A DNA stretch of 35,504 nucleotides from Macrostomum lignano (taxonomy: Eukaryota). Every line of letters starts with the position of its first letter. Positions within the stretch are counted from its first letter, which is position 1. Under the pieces are notes generated by a model. That model saw nothing but the letters and a program-made list of their open reading frames with translations, was not told where the DNA came from and did no database searches. Made by a program: the position numbers and the translations under genes. The stretch lies in contig NIVC01003057.1 in NCBI GenBank assembly GCA_002269645.1, positions 125,564-161,067 of the forward strand, read 5' to 3'. Shown in pieces: positions 1 through 8,184 of this stretch.

Positions 1-230
1 CTCAGAAGAGACTACACTACTTAACTGAAAGTAGTTTAATAGCACATGCACGGACGGAGTTACAGTATTTATGCTTCTCGGGAATCATTTCTACGAGTTT
101 AAAAGTATTATAAGAGATAATACTACTTACTAAAAATAAAAGTAGTTTATTAGCACATGCGCATAGTTTTTTCATTCCTAATAATCGCACAATCGTTTTC
201 TCCCTACCCTCACTGCCTTGTCTGCGCCAG

Positions 231-327
231 CTGGAACGATCCATTGAACCAGTCCGTGACTGAACGAATTGTCAGCCAAATTGTTGCCACAACGCCTGAC
301 ATTCCGTGTCTCCAGACGACTGGCGAA
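231..327 (+). CDS. Constitutive internal exon upstream of the alternative-exon array (uncharacterised, C14orf93-like gene)
   Basis: Acceptor CGCCAG|C at 230 and donor GAA|GTGAGT at 328. Reads WNDPLNQSVTERIVSQIVATTPDIP.... As assembled it ends in phase 0 (..CLQTTGE). One base restored at CC 304-305 gives ..DIPVSPDDWR+A, and one restored at G328 gives ..TTGE+G. Either yields the phase 1 the downstream exons require. Confidence 0.65.
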
Positions 328-406
328 GTGAGTGCAGCTCCATTTTGAATGTGTATAAAAATTAATTGTGTGATTTGTATATATGTAGATATTGAAACAT
401 TGGCGC

Positions 407-425
407 GTAGCATTTGCAGAGGTTT
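407..425 (+). promoter_or_regulatory. Putative intronic docking site GTAGCATTTGCAGAGGTTT
   Basis: About 80 nt after the 328 donor. Reverse-complementary (with G-U pairs) to a motif found once in front of each of the seven alternative exons. Confidence 0.75.
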
Positions 426-615
426 ACAACCCCCAGTTACTGTTTCATTATTATTAATAATAGTATTATTATTACTATCCTCATCCTCAAAATGAGAGCC
501 TGATACTCTCTTGACACACTGATGAACCATTAATTGTATGAATTAATTAACTAATTAAAGCATTAATTGGCCTGTTAACAATGCATAGTGCCGAGCATTA
601 ACAACAATAATAATT

Positions 616-630
616 CCACTGCAAATTCTA
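616..630 (+). promoter_or_regulatory. Selector 1 (CCACTGCAAATTCTA)
   Basis: 13 of 15 positions pair with docking 408-422. Confidence 0.7.
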
Positions 631-662
631 ATGACATTTAAGGTCAGTCAGTCTCTATGCAG

Positions 663-781
663 TTCTAAAGCCTATTCGCATTTTTGCAGCCCAAATGCTC
701 AGACTATGGGAAGAATAGCATCCAAGGCGCGATGTACAGTTGAAAAAGCTTAGAGACAGGAAATATTGTCGAGTGAAAAGA
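663..781 (+). CDS. Alternative exon X1 (5' boundary uncertain; in-frame TAG as assembled)
   Basis: Donor AGA|GTAAGT at 782; ends ..LKKLRDRKYCRVKR. Phase-1 acceptors at 662 or 689. In-frame TAG at 716-718. Confidence 0.55.
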
Positions 782-834
782 GTAAGTTAAGCAGTATGAG
801 GAAATATATATTAATTTAGCCTTAAAAACTACTG

Positions 835-851
835 CCGTGTGCAAATGATAC
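835..851 (+). promoter_or_regulatory. Selector 2 (CCGTGTGCAAATGATAC)
   Basis: TGCAAATG pairs perfectly with docking CATTTGCA, with further flanking pairs on both sides. Confidence 0.55.
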
Positions 852-938
852 TACTGCCCGCGTGAATCTAAAACTCAGCCAAAAACAACATTAATTTATG
901 CTACCTATTAACTCTACACTGAAACACTTGGACTGTAG

Positions 939-1039
939 AACTGTGCAGTCAGTTAATCGGGCAGCTAATGAGCAATCCGTCTGGCAGAAATCTTGATTTG
1001 AAACGTCAGACCATGAGAAAGTGCGGCAGATTGCGCACC
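939..1039 (+). CDS. Alternative exon X2
   Basis: CTGTAG|AA acceptor, ACC|GTAAGA donor, 101 nt = 2+33 codons, open: LCSQLIGQLMSNPSGRNLDLKRQTMRKCGRLRT. Confidence 0.7.
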
Positions 1040-1240
1040 GTAAGACACTTTTGCTACTTACAGGGGTGGGAACTCCGGCCCCCCGGCCCTGTGACACTTA
1101 ACTCTCTTTCTCTCGCCTCTCCACTCTCCTCTCCTATCCCCTTTTCTCCTCTCTCTTATCTCTTGTGTCTCTAGTAAAAACGTTTGCCGACCCCTGTGCC
1201 ACTAGAAGATTCTGTAGCCGTTTGTTATTCCTGCTTTCGC

Positions 1241-1257
1241 AATCCTCTGCGAACTGC
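1241..1257 (+). promoter_or_regulatory. Selector 3 (AATCCTCTGCGAACTGC)
   Basis: CCTCTGCGAA pairs 10/10 (one G-U) with docking TTTGCAGAGG; TGC extends the pairing after a 1-nt bulge. Confidence 0.7.
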
Positions 1258-1347
1258 ATTATCGTTGCGCTAATAAAAAGAATCCGAAGCAATGCTTAGT
1301 AGTATGTGTTGGGCATGGTGATGTCTCTCTATCTGATAAATTTGCAG

Positions 1348-1448
1348 GCAAATGTGCCGTAGCAATATTCACCCCGCTGCATAGGGAGACGGTTGTCAAG
1401 CACGAGGATAGGAAGCGGGTTAAACGAAAATATTCCCGAGTTTCCGCT
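1348..1448 (+). CDS. Alternative exon X3
   Basis: TTTGCAG|GC acceptor, GCT|GTAAGT donor, 101 nt = 2+33 codons, open: KCAVAIFTPLHRETVVKHEDRKRVKRKYSRVSA. Confidence 0.8.
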
Positions 1449-1501
1449 GTAAGTTGACCTTGATTTCTAAGAAATAAGCCAAACCCTCGCCCTCACCGTT
1501 T

Positions 1502-1511
1502 CCTCTGCGAA
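1502..1511 (+). promoter_or_regulatory. Selector 4 (CCTCTGCGAA)
   Basis: 10/10 pairing (one G-U) with docking 413-422. Confidence 0.7.
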
Positions 1512-1584
1512 AGTCGCCGACATTTGTATACAAAATAAATAAAGCACAACTAATTTTGTTTTAAACTGTCAATCCTATCTGTAG

Positions 1585-1695
1585 TTCGATGCAATTTGAA
1601 CATTTTTTGACAATTCCGCGTCAATGAAAAGCGACGCCGTGTTGAAATACGAGGCCAGAAAACGGTCAATGCGTAAATATGCCAGAGTTAGCTCT
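1585..1695 (+). CDS. Alternative exon X4 (one extra T in the 1603-1608 run)
   Basis: CTGTAG|TT acceptor, TCT|GTAAGT donor. Removing one T gives RCNLNIFDNSASMKSDAVLKYEARKRSMRKYARVSS, clearly homologous to X3 at both ends. Confidence 0.7.
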
Positions 1696-1740
1696 GTAAG
1701 TAGTATATGCTTGGGGAAATTGTCCACTAACACTTGAACA

Positions 1741-1754
1741 AGATCTCTGCAAAT
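1741..1754 (+). promoter_or_regulatory. Selector 5 (AGATCTCTGCAAAT)
   Basis: 14/14 pairing (two G-U) with docking 412-425. Confidence 0.75.
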
Positions 1755-1855
1755 TAAACCACAAGTGCCCGTTAACCACCAAAGTTTCACTGTGTACTTT
1801 TTATTGGGTTGGAATGCTTATTTTACTTTAAACACTTGCAATTAATGATGTCTAG

Positions 1856-1950
1856 GCGGTATAGACGAATTTGTGCGCACCGTTTTGGACGAAGAGATGC
1901 GCAATATTAAATCGCGCGGTTATAAACGGCGCTATAGCCGTATTACTGCG
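1856..1950 (+). CDS. Alternative exon X5
   Basis: GTCTAG|GC acceptor, GCG|GTAAGT donor, 95 nt = 2+31 codons, open: GIDEFVRTVLDEEMRNIKSRGYKRRYSRITA. Confidence 0.8.
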
Positions 1951-1971
1951 GTAAGTCTCATTAACCCGGGG

Positions 1972-2400
1972 GTGTGTGTGTGTGTGTGTGTGTCTGCCTG
2001 TCTGTGTATGTGTCTGCCTGTCTGTGTATGTGTCTGTCTGTCTGGCTGTCTGTCTGTCTTAGTGTCTGTCTGTCTATCTGCCTCTGTCTGTCTGTCTGTC
2101 TGTGTAGTGTCTGTCTGTCTGTGTGTCTGTCTGCCTGTCTGTCTGTCTGTGTATGTGTCTGTCTATCTTGTCTGTCTGTGTGTCTGTCTGTCTCTGTGTG
2201 TGTGTCTGTCTGTTTGCCTGTGTGTCTGTCTGTTTGCCTGTCTGTCTGTCTGTCTGTTTGCCTGTCTGCCTGTTTATCTGTCTGTCTGCCTGTCTGTCTG
2301 CCTGTCTATCTGTCTGTCTGTCTGTCTTAGTGCCTGTGTGTCTGTCTGTCTTAGTGTCTGTATGTCTGCCCGCCTGTCTGTTTGCTTGTCTGTCTGTCTA
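1972..2400 (+). repeat. (GT)n plus degenerate (TGTC)n microsatellite in the X5-X6 intron
   Basis: Direct reading. Produces the spurious CLSV-rich ORFs 1974-2410. Confidence 0.95.
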
Positions 2401-2518
2401 TTGGCGTTAACCTATGTATTAAAAATCCAAGCCCTACCTAGGCTGTCTGTATTTAGAGTATATAGAAAACTGGGCAAATTAGAAATTCATTTAGGCCACT
2501 GAGAAGTCCTTTTTTCTC

Positions 2519-2534
2519 AACCTCTGCTAGTCGC
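2519..2534 (+). promoter_or_regulatory. Selector 6 (AACCTCTGCTAGTCGC)
   Basis: AACCTCTGC pairs 9/9 with docking GCAGAGGTT. Confidence 0.7.
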
Positions 2535-2619
2535 TTTCCGTTGTGTATTTAACTTTTATTTGCTGGTTTTGAGTGTTTTTACTTACTATACTCCAATATA
2601 ACTATGCGGTTCTGACTAG

Positions 2620-2729
2620 GACTACTGTACCATATAATGTTTGACGATGGCCGCTACACTGGTAGCGAGGGCGGTTCTTGTACCAAAAATCGACTCAAAT
2701 ATTGGCGTCGTTATAGGCGAATCTCTACA
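2620..2729 (+). CDS. Alternative exon X6
   Basis: GACTAG|GA acceptor, ACA|GTAAGT donor, 110 nt = 2+36 codons, open: LLYHIMFDDGRYTGSEGGSCTKNRLKYWRRYRRIST. Confidence 0.75.
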
Positions 2730-2737
2730 GTAAGTTC

Positions 2738-2745
2738 CCTCTGCA
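2738..2745 (+). promoter_or_regulatory. Selector 7 (CCTCTGCA)
   Basis: 8/8 pairing with docking TGCAGAGG; lies immediately after the X6 donor. Confidence 0.6.
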
Positions 2746-2848
2746 CTTGTCATATCGGCCTAAGCAACAGTTATTATGTTGCTTGCCCTTAGCAACAAAG
2801 ATTTTATATGCTGAGCAATAGTACACAAATACCTTGTATTGCATACAG

Positions 2849-2925
2849 CTTTAATTAAGGAGATATTGTTTACAAAGCAGCGAGCTGATCTGGCCGCCGC
2901 GCGGAAACGCATGCGCGTACGCTGC
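2849..2925 (+). CDS. Alternative exon X7
   Basis: ATACAG|CT acceptor, TGC|GTAAGT donor, 77 nt = 2+25 codons, open: LIKEILFTKQRADLAAARKRMRVRC. Confidence 0.7.
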
Positions 2926-3425
2926 GTAAGTTCAATTGGTCAATCGGCTTTTTTACATTATATATCTACTCAACCCGCTACTGATAGTAATATAATTAAG
3001 TCTGAGCACTTGTTTTAAAGTTTCTTTTTGTCTACAAATTGGAGCTTCATTAGAAACCTGCAAAAAAATCTGAACAATCTGCTTGGACTTTTCTAATTGA
3101 TGTACGTCTAGGTCCCGGGTTCGAATCCGCGTCGCGACTTGCACCTTAGGCCCTGACCACTAATGCATAGTAACTAAAATTTGTGGATATGCTGGGGTGA
3201 AGCGCAATAAATGGAGACTTCTTTCCCAATAGGAGGTTTTTGACAAACTTGACTCCCACTTCTAATTGAATTCCCATTGCTATATAAATTGACAGGGGTG
3301 CGATTCCCCATGAGGGCCAACCCCCACCCCTAAAACAGTGTACATGCCTGATGATTGAAGTGTATGTTCTCAGGATTCATTGCGCACCACCCCCCCCCCC
3401 ATTGCTCGCTCGCCATCCCATGCAG

Positions 3426-3767
3426 AAGCTGTCCCGTCGTCAGAAGGCATTTGAACAAGTCCTGCCATCGCTGAACCCGGACGATCTAGACAAGTATCGA
3501 GTTGTACTATCGCGCGATTTCACTTCGTCAGACGAGGAGACTGAGGACGAATCCACTGGCGAGACGGCCCTGCGAGTTCGAGAACTCGTTTGGGAGTCGG
3601 AGGAGGTCCGCCAGGTGAAGCAGCGGCTAGATCAGACGTTTATGAATCGATTTGCCACGCAGAAGCAGCGAGCCACTCTGCAGCGCTGCATTCGAAACGC
3701 CGGCTGCACGAGTTCGAGGACGCCACCCGCTGAAGCGCCGGACTGGGCTCTGCGAGCTCCCGAGTGA
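3426..3767 (+). CDS. Common terminal exon of the uncharacterised gene (C14orf93-like C-terminal region)
   Basis: ATGCAG|AAG phase-0 acceptor. KLSRRQKAF...DFTSSDEETED...VRELVWES...LD...SSRTPPAEAPDWA then stop. The basic helix / SSDEE acidic patch / W-x-S / LD / SSR-P-P-WA layout recalls C14orf93-like invertebrate proteins (from memory, not searched). Confidence 0.75.
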   Translation, partial: KLSRRQKAFEQVLPSLNPDDLDKYRVVLSRDFTSSDEETEDESTGETALRVRELVWESEEVRQVKQRLDQTFMNRFATQKQRATLQRCIRNAGCTSSRTPPAEAPDWALRAPE

Positions 3768-4038
3768 AAATTGCATTGACTATTTTATTCAAGGGCGACT
3801 TAGCTAGAAGGCAGAGAGCAATATGCTTTGTTTCTTAAAAAAGCTTTGAAGGCTATTTTCTACGCAGAAATCGCTCGATGCAAGCCGGCCTTCAAATATT
3901 TTCTAAGAAAACCCAAAGTTTCCCATCCTCGGACTTCTGTGCTACTGACAGTAGTTTTTTAAGTCAGCTTTTGTCTAAAACGATTTCTTGTATTTAAACT
4001 TGTGGCATCAAATTTGCAATTTGTGTTACACGAAACTT

Positions 4039-4044
4039 AATAAA
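4039..4044 (+). terminator. Candidate polyadenylation signal AATAAA
   Basis: About 270 nt after the TGA at 3767. Confidence 0.4.
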
Positions 4045-4562
4045 TTTGACTGGCAGTTTAAATACCTGGGTGTTGCATTTTGTTGTGTAAGCTGTCGGTG
4101 AACCAGTTACAATTATCTGTAGGATTTCTGCAATCGTTTTTTATGTATATTAACATGTTTTAATTTATAGTAATTCTCGTCTCGCATATATTCTATTCTC
4201 TTGTTTGCACCGATTTTGTTTATAAATAATCAAACAGGTTAACTTTTTACATTTTCTTAACAAGTTGCTACGGCTACAGATTAATGTTAGTGTAATATAT
4301 AAACATGCAGCGCAAAGTGACTTGTCGAAGTTGTCGTTGTCAACATAATCCATACGCTTGTGCATCCTGTTTAATACCTGCCATTATCCAGCTGTACTTC
4401 GTTGAACAAAGCTTGAATACAATACAAGTTTAGTGTTATTCTTAAACAGCAGACCAGAAATTTACTCATGAAGGCACCGTGCTTATTGTCATGCTCGCTA
4501 TTCAATTGTGTCCATTGATGTGTCTTCAGATCTTTAGCTTTTTGTTATTGATGAAAATCGAC

Positions 4563-4845
4563 AGATAGGTAGGTAGATAAATAGGTGTGTAGGTAGGTAG
4601 ATATAGATAAATAGATAGATAGATAGATCGATAGATAGATAGATAGACAGATAGATAGATAGATAGATATAGATGGATGATAGATGGATAGATAGATATA
4701 GATAGATAGAAAGATAGATAGATAGAAAGATATATAGATATATAGATATAGATGGATAGATAGATAGATAGATAGATAGATTGATTGATTGATTGATAGA
4801 TAGATAGATAGATACATTCATAGGTAGATAGATGCGTACGTAGAT
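4563..4845 (+). repeat. (GATA)n microsatellite
   Basis: Degenerate TAGA/GATA run; explains the LSIY ORFs. Confidence 0.95.
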
Positions 4846-5294
4846 AGACTATTTAGAATCTCTATAGTAATAACAGTATCGCAATATTGCAAGGAGTTGG
4901 GCGGATGTGCACTGAAATCTCTTAGCAGCCACTTTGAATATTTGTCCCAGATTCAATAGCCGATTTTTGCAGACAGTACGGGCTCTCAATAGTGAAGAGC
5001 CGAGCCCAGTTCGAGTCGCACGTGCTCTGAAAGTAGAAAATTCTCGAAATTGGGTCAGCGCGTCTGAATTAGTGTGGGGGAGTCAAGATTTGAGACTTCA
5101 AAAGTCAGTCGCAGACATGCAGGTACCCGTATTTTTTAACATTTTTGAAAGAGAGAAGTGAAATATCCACGCTGAGGGAACGCAAGCACGGATATGAATT
5201 CGAGTCGCTATTTTCAAGCATTCAGAATTTAACGTTTTAACTTTATCTATTCAGCAGCAGTTCTTTTGGTTGGAATTGGATAATCAGATCTTTC

Positions 5295-5640
5295 CGAAGC
5301 TTCACAAATCGTCTAGAAGTCTTGCTTGTTGCCTTCACATTCACAAGCTCAAAGCTTCACAAATCGTCTAGAAGTCTTGCTTGTTGCCTTCACATTCACA
5401 AGCTCAAAGCTTCACAAATCGTCTAGAAGTCTTGCTTGTTGCCTTCACATTCACAAATCGTCTAAAAGTCTTGCTTGTTGCCTTCACATTCACAAGCTCG
5501 AAGCTTCACAAATCGTCTAAAAGTCTTGCTTGTTGCCTTCACATTCACAAGCTCAAAGCTTCACAAATCGTCTAAAAGTCTTGCTTGTTGCCTTCACGTT
5601 CACAAGCTCGAAGCTTAATAAATCGTACAGAAGTCTTTTG
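5295..5640 (+). repeat. 55-bp minisatellite (CTTCACAAATCGTCTAGAAGTCTTGCTTGTTGCCTTCACATTCACAAGCTCAAAG), about 6 copies
   Basis: Period seen directly (identical ORF starts at 5326 and 5381); one internally deleted unit. Confidence 0.93.
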
Positions 5641-8184
5641 ATTAGATAAGCTCCATAATTCTGGAGAAGTTTATGCTTGTTGCTTTCACAAGCTCTGCTT
5701 TCAATCCACACTACCAGGTCTTTCTATAATCACTTCACTAGCTGACGACTTAAACCAGTTCGACCAATGTCAATTTTCGAACTATAGGAAAAGCTGTCCT
5801 TGCTATTCTCTGGAATTCCCCTATTGCTTTTAACAGTCGTGACTTTTACGTGTATATCTGCAGTAGGTGCGGGTTGTCTCCATGTCTAGCCTCGGGGTTG
5901 GAATACTATTATTATATTATATCAGCCAAGACGTAATTCTTTGCTGTAGTTTCTCGTGTATTTCAACCGACACAAGAAGCCCATTAAGCTGTTATAGTGG
6001 CTATAAAATTCTCCCACTGAGTGCCTCTACGGACACAGCCATATTACACGTGGAAGTCAAAAGTTAAATTACACCCGATAAATTAAATACGAGTAGATTT
6101 TATTTAATTTTCGCGTATTACCCAACTTCCGTTTTTAGGGAACTCCCGTCAGTCGCTATAGGAGTCCTTTGCGAACGTGCAACAGGCGTATAACACTGTA
6201 GCTACTGTTAATAGGGCCGATAAGTCTTTGTTCTTGTCACGCGCTTGAATTCGGATTCCCCGCTGGTCAGTGGTTCGCTCCGGAGGGTTGGGTTAAAAGT
6301 GTCGTGATGCAATCAGCATTAATTAGAGCTGTGTCCTCCACGCGTGTGTCTGCTTAGGTCCGGAGTTATCGTTATGATAATGGATGGCTGGTTGCAGGTA
6401 TGAAGTTTTAACTGCAGGATTTCCGCTTCTTCTTTTAATTCTTGAGTCATCGCGCGCTGAGTTGTCTCGAAGAACTTGGGAGCTAGTGGCCGCGGCCCGC
6501 ACGCGAGCACATCCGAGTGTTCGGGAACAGAGCTAACAGATGGGATAATTTCATAGCTGGATTGGACTGCAGATTCTGATAGGCAGATACAAGCGGAAGA
6601 TTGAGGAAGCTGAGTCTGGCTTGCCTGCATCATCATCAACCCCGTGCTGTTTCCGCTGACCAGTTCGCTACATTGAACAGTGTCGCCCGTCTGCGCGCCC
6701 CAGAGCACCACTTCTAACACTTAATTATATATCGAACCGCTATATTCTGGCTGCAGTTATGCAATTGGGAGAATGCTCAAAATATGAGGCTGGTGTAAAG
6801 ACTATATAATCTCGTATAGAAAGAAGACCCAAAAGAAATTTGTTGCTTTTTTGAACGCCCGGCTGAGCAGAGAAACCGCGAGTTCCCCGCTGTTTGAGCG
6901 CAGGTGAAACGTAACAACAGACATCCTTTTAGTATCGGCAATAATTCTCTTGAGTCGACACCTAAATCTACAAGCTTCTCCAAGGTCCCGAAGATAAGAG
7001 ATTTCTGCTTTATAGCAGGCAACACAGAATTGCAGTCTGAGATAGATAAAAATGCATATATTTTAAGACAAACTGATAAGAGACTTACAAAACCTAATTT
7101 TGAGCAAACAGATGCTTTGTGTAGACGCGCAAAGAAATAAGATCCAAGATAGATCATAAAATCTGTTATCAAAACGCATGTTAAGTCTCTGACTACAATC
7201 CAGATTCGTCTAGAATATGATTTTGTTCAGTGTCCGACCATCAGTTTTATCCTGTCTGCATGGAACCATGGCGGTTTCCGTGAAATTTGAAGCAACCGCC
7301 ATTCCATGACGGCACGCGCCTCTCGTTTCCTGAGATTTGACCCTTCCCGCCCCTTGCCAGACTTCAGAAGCGGCTACCGCTGTTTGTTAAGGATTCCATG
7401 CCGTGTCTCCGTCCGGTCGCCTCTTGGATTTATAGTGACTCTGCCGTCACTGTGTCCCTACAAAGTTAGCAAACAGTAAGCAGAGATAGGAGGCGCGAGA
7501 AGGGAGTTGAGAACCGGTGTTTGCTCAACCACACGCTCCCTGGATGGACTCATGCCTCATAAGACTGAGCTAGTCTCTAAGCGGAGTCAGCCTCGCTCGT
7601 TCGGTCTCTATGCAACGTCGGCACTTAAACACACAACCGCAGTGAGAAACTTCATCATCAGAGCTGTTTTCCTACTGATTTTCAATATATCCAACAGCCA
7701 TCTGCATGCGCCAGCGTCCTCTGAAGGCATGCGCCTAAACAGAACAACATACATCCGTCATCATTCGTTCGCCCTTGTTTTCATTTCTCAATATTCGAAG
7801 TTTTTCGAGGTCAGATAGATGGGGGGGGGGAAGTAGAGGTGACCCCTGCAGTGATCCAGCTGGACAAACTTTGCGGCCGGGGGTCGGGCGATGCAAAAGT
7901 GTCCGGAAATGAGACGCTTTGAGCTTAGGGAAATATTTTCTTCAGGTGCCCGGTCTGCGGTTACCAAGATATTATTTGTTTATTAGGAATGAAATTCCAC
8001 GATTTCTCTGCGCATGTCTACATTTAAAAAGCGGCGTGATGCCTGAAACTTCAATAGCAATTGACACTTGACATTGTGGACAAAGGAGCCAGATGGTCAA
8101 GGCTGGTAAGGGTGAGAAGGGGGAGAGAGGAGGAATGAGACAGGGGAAGAATCGCAGAGGTGAGTGAAGACTGTGATGTGACTG

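Noticed and set aside
1206-1301. Extra alternative exon between X2 and X3 (VCYSCFRNPL.., weak GTATGT donor)
   Set aside because: Phase-1 frame stops early, it lacks the RKYxRV motif, and it overlaps selector 3.
3111-3138. tRNA or SINE (GGTTCGAATCC B-box)
   Set aside because: No A-box or cloverleaf could be built; isolated motif.
6319-7172. ORFs 6319-6720(-), 6777-7172(-) and 6904-7140(+)
   Set aside because: Non-ATG starts, no recognisable domain, no convincing splice boundaries.
7259-7308. Stem-loop ATGGCGGTT...AACCGCCAT as an ncRNA
   Set aside because: A single 9-bp stem with no recognisable family motif.
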